Part shown: positions 48,404 through 58,622 of the stretch, piece after piece
How the letters are laid out: every line of letters begins with the position of its first letter
Numbering within the stretch: position 1 is the stretch's first letter
Virus record (IMG/VR): IMGVR_UViG_3300030107_004098
Length of the DNA stretch: 64,000 nucleotides
Direction: 5' to 3' (one strand)
Source of the DNA: an uncultured virus (IMG/VR IMGVR_UViG_3300030107_004098)
Lineage: Duplodnaviria; Heunggongvirae; Uroviricota; Caudoviricetes
Notes under the pieces: model-generated
Seen by the model: only the letters and a program-made list of their open reading frames with translations
The model's database searches: none
What the model was told of the DNA's origin: nothing
Made by a program: the position numbers and the translations under genes

Positions 48404-49587
48404 TTACCTTTCCCAATAAGATATATTCTGAGGCCGAGGTAATCCAATTATACGAAGAATCTTACTCTAAATGGAAAGATAAGAATAAAACCGATGGAAC
48501 ACCACTTGCTAAAACTAGAACACCTAGAGCGCAACAACCATTATTTCCCGCATTTACTAGAAAAACTCCTGACGGGTATTATGTTGCTTTAGATGGAGAT
48601 ATTTTAGCGGGTTGGGCAGGTTGGAGAGCCGTAGATGAAAATCTATATTTAACAGCAGGTTCCTTTACTGCTCCCGATTATAGAGGGCAGGGCGTTCAAA
48701 GCAATCTTTGGGTTAAAAGAAACTCTATATTTGCTGGAAAATCTGTTATTACTATTACAAACAAAAAAGAAAAAAAGTGGGTTAATTTTACTAGCCGATA
48801 TTATCCCGAAGTTACTATAGACAAAATACCAGAAAAGTATAGAGCAGACGTTCAGGACGCTTTAGATTTTTATGAAAAAAGAGGTAAAGGTCCTAAAGTT
48901 TTTTATAGAGGACCTACAGAAGACAGTGCTATGCAAAAGGCATGGGGTATCATTAAAGCAGATGTTGACTTTAAGTTATTTATTCCTGACTACATAAAAA
49001 GCGAAACCACTGGAGGGATATACGATAGAAGGACGGGAAATATAGAAATTTACCCGTCATCCGTATATAAATATCTAAAGGCTAAATTACAAAGAAAACC
49101 TAAAGATGAAGAATTACAGAAATTTGTAGTTGCTCTTATTAATCACGAAGCAGGTCACGCCGCCGACTATTCAGTAAATCCACACCTTAATATGTTTTGG
49201 GATGAACATGAAGTAGATTCTGCTAGAGAATGGGTAGCATTTCAAAGTCAACACCCTAAAGACCCTTATCTTGCTATGGTTGGTTTTTTAAAACACCCAT
49301 ATACGTATAAATTAGTAGGTCCGAGAGGACAACCAGCAAGGGGTGTAGATTACATAACAGATAATGTTACACAAGAACATCATCCCGGACTACCGACTAG
49401 CATTAAAAAAATAGTTGCATATGTAAATAAACATGCTAAAACTCCTAGACAAAAAAATAAATTAGCCACGTTAGAATTATCCCAAAGAGGTAGAAAAGTA
49501 AGGAGAAATTTTCCCACTAATATATTGGGAGCAGTACGAAGATACGGAAAACAACATTTAGATTTTCTTAAAACGTTAAGGTGGTAA
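48400..49587 (+). CDS. GNAT + HExxH metallopeptidase-like fusion with internal tag
   Basis: PDYRGQGV; internal MQKAWGIIKA; LINHEAGH. Confidence 0.75.
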   Translation: MITFPNKIYSEAEVIQLYEESYSKWKDKNKTDGTPLAKTRTPRAQQPLFPAFTRKTPDGYYVALDGDILAGWAGWRAVDENLYLTAGSFTAPDYRGQGVQSNLWVKRNSIFAGKSVITITNKKEKKWVNFTSRYYPEVTIDKIPEKYRADVQDALDFYEKRGKGPKVFYRGPTEDSAMQKAWGIIKADVDFKLFIPDYIKSETTGGIYDRRTGNIEIYPSSVYKYLKAKLQRKPKDEELQKFVVALINHEAGHAADYSVNPHLNMFWDEHEVDSAREWVAFQSQHPKDPYLAMVGFLKHPYTYKLVGPRGQPARGVDYITDNVTQEHHPGLPTSIKKIVAYVNKHAKTPRQKNKLATLELSQRGRKVRRNFPTNILGAVRRYGKQHLDFLKTLRW

Positions 49588-51011
49588 AGTTGGATAACTT
49601 AATTTACGATATGGACTTAAAAATGTCCAAAGGTAATTTTGAATATTTCTTTACCAAAGTTCTAGGATATGAAATGGCTCCATTCCATAGAGAGTGGTTA
49701 GAAGAAGTTCAAGAAACAAATAGAACAGTAATTATTTGTTCCCGCGACCACGGTAAATCGGTTTTCTTTCATTCATGGTGTGTATACCAATTAATATTCC
49801 AAGAGCCTCCATATCAGATGCTTTACATTTCTTCTAACCATAAACAAACAATGGTTCACATGAAAGACATTGACCGAATGTTTAGTAATAACCCAGTAAT
49901 TAAAAAATTTAAGCCCAAAGCAGGTTGGGCCGTAGGTGCTATGCGCTTAACAAACGGAAATGAAATACTTGAGCGTTCCGTTGGTTCACAAATTCGTGGG
50001 CTTCACCCTCAAGAAATTATTATTGACGACCCACTAAAAGAGTTTTCAATGAATGCTATTCAACGCGTAACTGATTGGTTTTGGGGCGATATGATACCCA
50101 CACTACACCATACAGCCGCCCTTAGAATGGTCGGAACACCATTTACATATACAGACATATTTGCACAATTATCAGAAAATCCCGCATACGATGTTAAAAG
50201 ATACCCCGCTATTAATCAAGCAGGGGAAGCATTATGGCCGGGTCGGTGGGATAAAGATAAACTAGAACAACGTAAGTTAGAAATTGGTTCTAGCAAGTTT
50301 ACTAGAGAATATCTGTGTATTCCTATTAGCACTAATACAATGTTATTCGACCCTGAACATGTAGAGGCTTGTAAAGATAGAGATGCTGTTTTAACTTCTA
50401 CTCGCACGTCAGATGACCTTAGATATTTTATTGGTTATGACCCCGCAATATCAGCAAATGGTGACTGGACTGTTATGACTGTATTAGAGGTAGACGACGA
50501 TATGAATAAGAAAATTGTTCAGATATTTAGAGCACAGGGGTTAGATTTTAGAGAACATATTATGCATATTATGGACCTATGTAGAAGATACCAACCTGAA
50601 ACGGTTATGATTGAAACTAATACATTTGCTAAGGCATTTGCTATGGAGTTAAAAAATATCAGCGATTTTCCTGTTAAAGAATTTACAATGAGTAGAAAAA
50701 AGAAACAAGAAATAATTCTAAATTTACAAATGAATATTGATAATCATAAGATTATTTTTCCATACGGGAATGAAGAATCACAAACCGTATGTAGACAATT
50801 GATACAAGAACTTGAAGCATTCGGTATTAACCACAATGGTAAAATAGAAGGCGTGGGCGCACATGACGACATGGTTATATCTTTAGCACTGGCTAATTAT
50901 GCTACAAAGAAGTTTTCAGATGTATTTACGTTACTCGATGATGAGGGAATCTTTAATAATGGCTCCCCGTCTATGCCGTATATAGGTGGTGGTATACGTG
51001 GAATTAATTAA
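49581..51011 (+). CDS. terL: terminase large subunit
   Basis: SRDHGKS Walker A, IIIDD Walker B, IGYDPA, HDDMVISLALA RNase H-like nuclease. Confidence 0.93.
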   Translation: MVKLDNLIYDMDLKMSKGNFEYFFTKVLGYEMAPFHREWLEEVQETNRTVIICSRDHGKSVFFHSWCVYQLIFQEPPYQMLYISSNHKQTMVHMKDIDRMFSNNPVIKKFKPKAGWAVGAMRLTNGNEILERSVGSQIRGLHPQEIIIDDPLKEFSMNAIQRVTDWFWGDMIPTLHHTAALRMVGTPFTYTDIFAQLSENPAYDVKRYPAINQAGEALWPGRWDKDKLEQRKLEIGSSKFTREYLCIPISTNTMLFDPEHVEACKDRDAVLTSTRTSDDLRYFIGYDPAISANGDWTVMTVLEVDDDMNKKIVQIFRAQGLDFREHIMHIMDLCRRYQPETVMIETNTFAKAFAMELKNISDFPVKEFTMSRKKKQEIILNLQMNIDNHKIIFPYGNEESQTVCRQLIQELEAFGINHNGKIEGVGAHDDMVISLALANYATKKFSDVFTLLDDEGIFNNGSPSMPYIGGGIRGIN

Positions 51012-52389
51012 ATTCGATACCGATGAGGTTAGGGAACAGTTATTAGAACTAGACCGAGCAAAGCAACAGGTTGAGCAACAGGAAGAATCTACTGTCGAAC
51101 CCATTAAGGAAAAAATCATGCAGAATCTTAAAACCAAATCAGAAATTAACGACTGGTTAGATATGCAATCTGGAAACGAACTAGAAATTGTAAAAAATAT
51201 TTCTTCTCTATGTGGAGTAAACTTGTCTGATGCTATGACTTATATTCCATCATATCCTTCCTCACCAATAGTGGGAGAAAAGGAACTTCCTGATTTAGTA
51301 AAAGAAATGAGAAGAATCCGTAGAGGACTAAAAGGCGAACAACGTAATAGTATTGCTAAAGGTATAGACCATCTTATTACTGCTTATCAGGAATACATAG
51401 GTAAATGTATTAAATCTATTTATTGGTTACGACCATACACTTCACCTTTATATGATATTAATTTATCAGAATCTAAAATTAAAAAATTATATAGCCTTAA
51501 AGATGGTGATAGCAGAAATGCTATAATTGATAATTTATGTAAAATGTGGGATGCTAAATTAGACAGAAGAAACTTAGAGTATGGTAAAGAATATTCTGAA
51601 TTAACAAAACAAATAAACGAAGGTAAAAAAGAAATATCTTCTTTGTTACGGTCTATTAAACATCAAGACGTTAGAAAATCTAGGAAGGAAAATATAGAAC
51701 TAGAAATTACACAGATTATTTGTGAAAATCCCGGAATTACATCTAATGCAATATTATCTAAAATGAGCGACAAACACGCTAAATATTCTAGCCCGTCTAC
51801 TATTGCTAAGATGGCTAATACAATTGGAGCGACTAATGTAGATAGTCAATACTATCTTATTAGAGATTTAATACGTAAAGATTTGTATTCTTACGTGGCT
51901 GGGTTTATTGATTCTGATGGCTACATAACTATGGATAGTAAGTTCGCCCCAAGAGTAGGGATGGTAGCAACAGGTAGTAGAGGAAAGGCTTTCTTTACTG
52001 AATTAGAGAAAGAACTAAAATGTGGAAGATTACACTTGGACCAAAAAGCAGGAGAAAATAATAGAAGTCAACACAGGCTTAATTTTTATAGTGCTAATGA
52101 TATTGGAACAATATTAGATAAGTGTATTCCTCACCTAAGAATGAAAAAGAGTCAAGGGGAACTAGTTAAAGAAGCAATTAGAATTAAGAAAGGTCATAAA
52201 AATCAACCGTGGGCCAAAGAAAGGTTATCTGAAATTTTTAAACTTATTAAGTATGAGAATTGGAAGGATGCCCGTAATACCTACGAGTTAGATAAATATG
52301 GGGTTAACCCCGAAGAAGTGGTTAAGTATTTTGATAATAATAAAAATTCATTAATGGATGATTTAGAATCAATTGTAAAGGAGGAATAA
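50986..52389 (+). CDS. protein with wHTH and C-terminal LAGLIDADG endonuclease domain
   Basis: YVAGFIDSDGYI; PHLRMKKSQ. Confidence 0.8.
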   Translation: MVVYVELIKFDTDEVREQLLELDRAKQQVEQQEESTVEPIKEKIMQNLKTKSEINDWLDMQSGNELEIVKNISSLCGVNLSDAMTYIPSYPSSPIVGEKELPDLVKEMRRIRRGLKGEQRNSIAKGIDHLITAYQEYIGKCIKSIYWLRPYTSPLYDINLSESKIKKLYSLKDGDSRNAIIDNLCKMWDAKLDRRNLEYGKEYSELTKQINEGKKEISSLLRSIKHQDVRKSRKENIELEITQIICENPGITSNAILSKMSDKHAKYSSPSTIAKMANTIGATNVDSQYYLIRDLIRKDLYSYVAGFIDSDGYITMDSKFAPRVGMVATGSRGKAFFTELEKELKCGRLHLDQKAGENNRSQHRLNFYSANDIGTILDKCIPHLRMKKSQGELVKEAIRIKKGHKNQPWAKERLSEIFKLIKYENWKDARNTYELDKYGVNPEEVVKYFDNNKNSLMDDLESIVKEE

Positions 52390-52390
52390 T

Positions 52391-54022
52391 ATGGGAGTAA
52401 GAGATAGAATAAGTAATTTAATCAGGAGAAGAACACCAACTCCTGTAGAAAAGGAAGTATTTAATTTAGGTATTCAAGAACAGAAACACCCACAACATAT
52501 TTTGGGTCCGGTTATATACAACGTAGCAGACCAATCTGTTGTTGTTAGAACATGTATTACACAACTTAAGACAGAAATCTTTCGTAGAGGATATATGTGG
52601 GAAAAGGCTTTTTATAAAAAATGCGTAGCATGTGGTGAAGAATACCAATCAGAAGTAGATGAATGTTCATCTTGTGGTAGTTTTGATTTTAGGGGTCCAG
52701 ACCCTATGCAGAAAAAATATGCAGAAAAAATGGTAAATGGGTATGTAAATAAGTCAGACCAATTATTTGTTGATGTATTAAAAGAAATTGAGCGTGACTT
52801 AAATATTGCTGACGACGCATATCTTATATTTGTAAAAGAATATTATGTAGATGAGTTAGGTAACATTAAACTACATAAGGTAAAAGAACTATATCGAGGT
52901 GACCCACTCACTATGTATATTGATGTAGATGAAGATGGGGATAGAGGAACGGCGCATTATACTTGTGTTACTCACAGAGATGTATATACAGAAGACCCTT
53001 ACGAACAATGTCCTGAATGTAATGCTTCACTACACCCCGTTGTATATACTAATAGAGTTCACGGTAAAGAACAGTATTACATTGATGGGGAAGTAGTTCA
53101 CATGAGTAAGTTTAGTCCAAGTAGGTTATACGGCACTTCTCCAATTATTACTTTGTGGAGCCATATTACTACTTTGATTGCTATGGAGAATTATATTAAT
53201 ACTTCATATAGTAAGGCTAGAACACCAAAAGGTATCTTAGCAGTTCAAACAAATAACATGGATTCTCTAATTAGATACTGGAGAGGTGTTAAAGAGAAGT
53301 TAGAAAAGGACCCACACTATATTCCTATTATGGGGATTGAAACAGAAGCCGGTGGAAGGGGTGATGTTAAGTGGGTTCCGTTTATGCAAAGCCTAAAAGA
53401 AATGGACTATACAGCAGTTAAGGATGATTTACGAACACGTATTGGTGCTTTCTATGGTATATCACCTATTTTTCAGGCAGATAATACAGCAGGTGGTGGA
53501 TTAAATAACGAAGGATTACAGATTACTGTTACTAACAGAACAGTAGAATTAGCACAAAGCGTATACAATAAATACGTGTTTCCTTTTATGGAGAAGCAAT
53601 TTGGTATAACTGATTGGAAAATTAGATTATTACGTTCCGAAGAAGAGGACGATACTGCTGCACTAAGGCGACGTGAAACAGAAGTTAATATTGCTGGACA
53701 AATGAAGAACTTAGGATTTGATGTAGATATGGATGAAGACGGTAACTTTGTATTTAAGAAATTAGTTAAACCGGATGAAGCCCTACAACAAGCACAGGCA
53801 GAAGGTGGACAAATAGCAAATGACCCATATGCAGGAACAGATATTGATGCTAGATACTTAGGACAAATGCAAGCAGATATGATGCAACAGGCAAAACAAC
53901 CTATACAAACAGAAGGTAGAGGAAATAAAAGTAGTACCGCTTTACAGTTAGATAACAGAAATACAGGTTCTCCAGCAGGAACAGCAAATCAAAACGTAGA
54001 TAGGAGAACTGAAACGCGATGA
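52391..54022 (+). CDS. portal protein with zinc-finger insertions
   Basis: HK97-like EVVH..YGTSPI, FYGISP; position after TerL. Confidence 0.88.
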   Translation: MGVRDRISNLIRRRTPTPVEKEVFNLGIQEQKHPQHILGPVIYNVADQSVVVRTCITQLKTEIFRRGYMWEKAFYKKCVACGEEYQSEVDECSSCGSFDFRGPDPMQKKYAEKMVNGYVNKSDQLFVDVLKEIERDLNIADDAYLIFVKEYYVDELGNIKLHKVKELYRGDPLTMYIDVDEDGDRGTAHYTCVTHRDVYTEDPYEQCPECNASLHPVVYTNRVHGKEQYYIDGEVVHMSKFSPSRLYGTSPIITLWSHITTLIAMENYINTSYSKARTPKGILAVQTNNMDSLIRYWRGVKEKLEKDPHYIPIMGIETEAGGRGDVKWVPFMQSLKEMDYTAVKDDLRTRIGAFYGISPIFQADNTAGGGLNNEGLQITVTNRTVELAQSVYNKYVFPFMEKQFGITDWKIRLLRSEEEDDTAALRRRETEVNIAGQMKNLGFDVDMDEDGNFVFKKLVKPDEALQQAQAEGGQIANDPYAGTDIDARYLGQMQADMMQQAKQPIQTEGRGNKSSTALQLDNRNTGSPAGTANQNVDRRTETR

Positions 54023-54177
54023 ACTGGAAAGATATTCTTAAAGCGGATTTTAAGAGATTAGATGATATTGCTTTAAGGAGTTTATATGATAATATACGAA
54101 GTTATCCCGGAAGAAAGGACACAAAGTTTATTATGGAAATAGAACAAGAAATGAAACAAAGAGGCATGGAAATATGA
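54019..54177 (+). CDS. tagged small protein (52 aa)
   Basis: Read manually: MNWKDILKADFKRLDD... Confidence 0.7.
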   Translation: MNWKDILKADFKRLDDIALRSLYDNIRSYPGRKDTKFIMEIEQEMKQRGMEI

Positions 54178-54392
54178 CTGATATGATTAAAAGAAAATTA
54201 AATGATATGAAACAACAATTAAGCAAACTTGAGAGCAAAGTAAATGCTCCCGAACCCGTTCAGAAAACAACAACTAATATGGTTCCCGCAGGTGTTGGTG
54301 AAGCAACAGAACCTAAGCGAGAAGCAGAACCCGGCGCTCCCGGTTTTATTACTGGTGGGCCTAAAATGAGCAAAAAAATGAAAGAAGTTTAA
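54174..54392 (+). CDS. hypothetical protein
   Basis: Coupled ORF. Confidence 0.65.
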   Translation: MTDMIKRKLNDMKQQLSKLESKVNAPEPVQKTTTNMVPAGVGEATEPKREAEPGAPGFITGGPKMSKKMKEV

Positions 54393-54401
54393 GGTGATTA
54401 A

Positions 54402-57400
54402 ATGAGTTGGTCTAATATTCTTTTAAAGGAAATACCCCCTTCTGTATATGAAGAGGCTCTAAGAGATTCTGGTATTTCCGCTACAAGGAAAAAGGAACTA
54501 CAAAATAAGTTAAATAAATTAATAGAAGATAATTTTATTGGGAATCTAAATTTGTTTCCCAAACAAAACCCTTTTATTAAATATAAAATAGCACAAGATT
54601 TACCCGGAGTTATTGCTAGCATATTAGAAACTTATGAAAGTTTAGGTAAACCCGGAATTAAAAGAGAAAGAATACCTGTCCTCGACAAAAAAACAAAGAA
54701 GCAAAAAAGGGATAAAGATGGTAGGCTCATGTGGGAAATGCAGGGGTTTGGACAATATAAAATTGAGACAACAAAGATTAAACCCATCCCAGTAGCAAAA
54801 AGATTTGATTTAATACTTGCTCAATTAGAATATGCTATAGAAGCAGTATTAGGAAGATTAGGAATAGATTATCAACCTTCTATGTCTATAGCAGAAGTAG
54901 ATAAACTTATTACAGATATTGGTCTAACGGATGAAGGAATCGCTGATGCAGAAAGTAAACTTGAACGTATTTTACAGAATACTGTTGATTTATCTAATAA
55001 AATGCCTAAAAAGCCGGAAGCAGAACAACGTGAACTTCTTGAAGGTGAAGATATTCCCAGTAGGGAACCAATAGACCCATCAATTAAAGCAAAACTCGAT
55101 TTTATTAGTATACATAAAGCACTTGAAGACATTTTTAAAAGTAGTGTAACAACAAAAAAACAAGACACTCAACTTACTTCAGCAGCAACAGACCTTTTTG
55201 GGAAGATAATTGTAAAGCAGGTAGCGTTATTGCAGGAATTATCAGGTATTGACCTAAAGAATAAACGCGACACACCACAAATTAGTAAACCTCCAATTTA
55301 CAGTATAAGTCAAAAATTTAAAAATGTAACCCAGAGAGATAAAATATTATTTAGTTCAGTAGATTACTTTTTTAAAGAATTGGCTAAAAAGAAACATGAG
55401 GGTGGAGAAATTCACGCAAAGTATAGAGAATTAATAGAAGGATTAAATGTATCTATGTATAATATTTTGGTAGCAATATATGAAATAGAATATGGTGATA
55501 CTAGAGTTGTTAATTTTCCGGTCTTATTAGGTAGAAAATATACAGCACTTATTGAAAAACCTGTACCTAAATTTACTTTTACATTGGGTGGTAAAGAATA
55601 TGATTACAGTGCTGAATCTGCTAAAGAACTTCGACAAATATATCTAGATGAGCGACAATATTTTATTGCTGACGCACTTGCAGACGGTATTATAGAACTT
55701 GCAGTAGAAGAAATAAAACTACGTGAAGTTATTTCAGAAGAAGAAATGAAACATAAAAATAAAACATCTCAACTGCGACAACGCATTAAATTAGAAAAAG
55801 ATAGAGAAAGGAAAAAGGAACTGGCTCATGAATTTAAATATATTGTTGATGAATACAAAAGAGGTAAGAAACAACGAAATAAACAACTAAAAGAAATTAC
55901 TGATACTGGCTATGGAGGAATAACAGGAAAACCAATAGATATAGATACTATTTCTAATCAGGGTCAAATAGTTCGTCGTGTTAGAGATTCAATATCTAAG
56001 CCAGAAACAGAACAAGCGAAAAAATTATACGAAGAAAGCGAAAAACGAAGTAAACAGTTTCAAGACGTTTTAGACAAAATTACTGAAGCGCACGAAAGAT
56101 ATAAATCAAGGGAACAAGAAAAAACATCTGCTAAAGAATTAACTGGCGTATTATCTGATGAACTTGGTAATTTAGGAAATATTACAATTTCTTCTGATGT
56201 GGGTAAAAATATAACTTTAGAAGAGGGAGATAAGGCTAATAGAAAAGAGATGGCTGACCTATTATACGATACAATGGAAGAATTAAATGTTAAAATAGTT
56301 CCTGTTATGGGTAAAGAAGAAGAAGAACTGGCTAAAAAAATTAAAGGAACACGATTACCTAAGCGAGCAAGAAAAACTGCTCCTGCTCGATATAAGAAAT
56401 TAACAGAGAAAAAACAAAAAGAGTTTAATAAACTACTAACTTCTTTCTTAGAAACTGGACCTCTTACTCCAGAAGAAACACAAAAACTAAGAGAAGAATT
56501 AATAGACCCAAAAACTAGAGTAAACACTAAGCCCAAATTATTATCCCAAGAAGAATTTAAGGTAACTGCTGAACAGATAAAAGAGGCACAGAAAGCAATA
56601 AAAGAAGGTAAACCGGAATTACTCTCTCCAGAAGAAATACGTAAACTTAAAAATAAAATAAAATCACACTATCAAGGGTTAGTGCTTTTAGGTGCAGCAG
56701 GTGAAAAGAAAAGAAAGAAAGAATCACAACGACTTATACATGGTAAGGGACCCAAAGAAGGACAACCCTATACTGATGAAGAAATGGAGGCTGTACGTGC
56801 CCGTAATTTAAAAGATAGAAATGACCCAATGCGAGAAGTAAGAGAAAGAATAGAAGAAGAGAAAAAGAAAAATGCAAAAGAAACAGGTATGTACGAAACA
56901 GATGCTCAAAGAGAACAAAGAGAAAAAATTAATGAAAGAATTAAATCCGGAAAATGGGAAAGCGGATTTTATTCCTCCGAACATCCCTTTCCTTTAGCGA
57001 CTCGCGCCCCAGATTGGGCTTATGGACAAGCCAAAGAAACAAAAAAGGCATTAGACACGTTATTAACTGAATTAGGAGTCACGTCCGATACAATTGTTAA
57101 AGAAGACACAAGTATGATTCTAACTGAACTAAACAAGAAAGACAAACGATTAGTAAAAACACTATTACAACTAGCACACCCAACAGAATACTTTAACGAA
57201 GACGTTCTCAAACTAGGAGAACTTATTACAGTATTAAAGTCCCTCGGTGTTGTTAATGAAAATAAGGGGCTAAAAAAGCGCATCCTTAAATACGAGGATG
57301 AGAATCTAATGGTAGTTAAGCGGGCAGTAAAACTGCGCCGTGAATATGAAAAACTATATAAATCAATTAGAGAAGTAATCTACCCAAAGACAGGTGACGA

Positions 57401-57410
57401 CAATGAGTGA
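54402..57410 (+). CDS. large tagged Lys/Glu-rich coiled-coil protein (possible internal head protein)
   Basis: MSWSNILLK; 1002 aa; in head module. Confidence 0.75.
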   Translation: MSWSNILLKEIPPSVYEEALRDSGISATRKKELQNKLNKLIEDNFIGNLNLFPKQNPFIKYKIAQDLPGVIASILETYESLGKPGIKRERIPVLDKKTKKQKRDKDGRLMWEMQGFGQYKIETTKIKPIPVAKRFDLILAQLEYAIEAVLGRLGIDYQPSMSIAEVDKLITDIGLTDEGIADAESKLERILQNTVDLSNKMPKKPEAEQRELLEGEDIPSREPIDPSIKAKLDFISIHKALEDIFKSSVTTKKQDTQLTSAATDLFGKIIVKQVALLQELSGIDLKNKRDTPQISKPPIYSISQKFKNVTQRDKILFSSVDYFFKELAKKKHEGGEIHAKYRELIEGLNVSMYNILVAIYEIEYGDTRVVNFPVLLGRKYTALIEKPVPKFTFTLGGKEYDYSAESAKELRQIYLDERQYFIADALADGIIELAVEEIKLREVISEEEMKHKNKTSQLRQRIKLEKDRERKKELAHEFKYIVDEYKRGKKQRNKQLKEITDTGYGGITGKPIDIDTISNQGQIVRRVRDSISKPETEQAKKLYEESEKRSKQFQDVLDKITEAHERYKSREQEKTSAKELTGVLSDELGNLGNITISSDVGKNITLEEGDKANRKEMADLLYDTMEELNVKIVPVMGKEEEELAKKIKGTRLPKRARKTAPARYKKLTEKKQKEFNKLLTSFLETGPLTPEETQKLREELIDPKTRVNTKPKLLSQEEFKVTAEQIKEAQKAIKEGKPELLSPEEIRKLKNKIKSHYQGLVLLGAAGEKKRKKESQRLIHGKGPKEGQPYTDEEMEAVRARNLKDRNDPMREVRERIEEEKKKNAKETGMYETDAQREQREKINERIKSGKWESGFYSSEHPFPLATRAPDWAYGQAKETKKALDTLLTELGVTSDTIVKEDTSMILTELNKKDKRLVKTLLQLAHPTEYFNEDVLKLGELITVLKSLGVVNENKGLKKRILKYEDENLMVVKRAVKLRREYEKLYKSIREVIYPKTGDDNE

Positions 57411-57636
57411 AGACAACGACTTACAATTATTACTAAAAGAATTAGTTGACCGCGTTAAGAGTTTAGAAGCGATGGTCTATTCCACGGATAATATCCTTAT
57501 GAAATCAGGTCTAGTTAAGACCGAAACACAAACTCCTTTTATTCAGACAGGTAGTGCATTACCCGATGCAGATATGATTGCTAAAATGGATTGGACCGAA
57601 CTGGATGATATGGTAAAGAAAATTAATGGTGAATAA
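57403..57636 (+). CDS. hypothetical head-module protein
   Basis: GGTGA RBS; C-terminus resembles protease tail. Confidence 0.65.
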   Translation: MSEDNDLQLLLKELVDRVKSLEAMVYSTDNILMKSGLVKTETQTPFIQTGSALPDADMIAKMDWTELDDMVKKINGE

Positions 57637-58243
57637 TATGGATTATAACAACTTAGGTGAAAATGAAAATTTAAGCGCACATAGGGCGGAACAAAGTGAT
57701 GCTGAAAAGAAAGTATCTATGGCTCTATCACAATTAAGAGATTTAACGACATTGATTAGTAATCATTTAGGAAGTCCTGTAGACCCTGATGAACACGCAG
57801 AAGATGTAAAAGTTAACAAACCAAAATCTAAAAAAGTAGATGTGTTTGGAGTACAATTTGATGATGGACCATTAGGCCCACGTTCTATTCCTCGTGGTGC
57901 TGCAAAACCAAATAAGCCACAAACAATGAAAAAGGCTTTTGGGGATAAAGAACTCGATAGAGATTTAACTGGACAAAAATATGTTAAGCGTGGTGCAGAT
58001 AGAGAACCTATGGATGATGAAGCCGGACCTATGGATAGAGGACAGGAATTAGGTGAAGGTAAACCTTCGGTAAAAGAAACTTTACCTCAAATGGCTGCTT
58101 CGTTTAAAGCGATAGCACAACAAGTACAATCAGTTAATAAACTTCTAGGTAAATTAGTAGAGCAAGAAGCATCAACAGAAGTTTCAGCAAAGGTAGCCAA
58201 TAGACCTGCAGATGACGATAAACCAACAGAAGAACTATACTAG
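57626..58243 (+). CDS. hypothetical head-module protein
   Basis: ORF in operon. Confidence 0.7.
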   Translation: MVNNMDYNNLGENENLSAHRAEQSDAEKKVSMALSQLRDLTTLISNHLGSPVDPDEHAEDVKVNKPKSKKVDVFGVQFDDGPLGPRSIPRGAAKPNKPQTMKKAFGDKELDRDLTGQKYVKRGADREPMDDEAGPMDRGQELGEGKPSVKETLPQMAASFKAIAQQVQSVNKLLGKLVEQEASTEVSAKVANRPADDDKPTEELY

Positions 58244-58253
58244 GTGGTTTAAT

Positions 58254-58622
58254 GTGGATTGGAAAATTATTCTAAAGAGAAAATTATCTAATTCTGAACA
58301 TGCAAACGTTATAAGTATTCTCTTAGAAGATTTAAAACAAGATGGAATAACATTAGAAAACGCAGGTATTCAATGGTCTGAATTTGTTATAGGTGATGAT
58401 TTTACATTTCCTAAAAATTATAGAGTAGAACTAGAAGGACATTCTGCTATCTTTTATTTAGATTTTACATTCCCTAATATGAATCCTACGATTAGACATA
58501 TTAGCGGCGACAAAGATTTAACAGATTTAATACGTGAATATCTCTCTACTGAACAAGATTTAATAAATAGAATGATACGTGCTATATCAAAAGATACCAC
58601 AGGAGATGTTGCATATGGGTAA
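58254..58622 (+). CDS. tagged hypothetical protein
   Basis: GTG start after AGGTGG: MDWKIILKR. Confidence 0.65.
   Translation: MDWKIILKRKLSNSEHANVISILLEDLKQDGITLENAGIQWSEFVIGDDFTFPKNYRVELEGHSAIFYLDFTFPNMNPTIRHISGDKDLTDLIREYLSTEQDLINRMIRAISKDTTGDVAYG

Noticed and set aside
54872..57283. Minus-strand ORFs inside the 1002 aa gene and other late genes
   Set aside because: Ser/Phe/Leu-rich antisense artefacts of Lys/Glu-rich coding sequence
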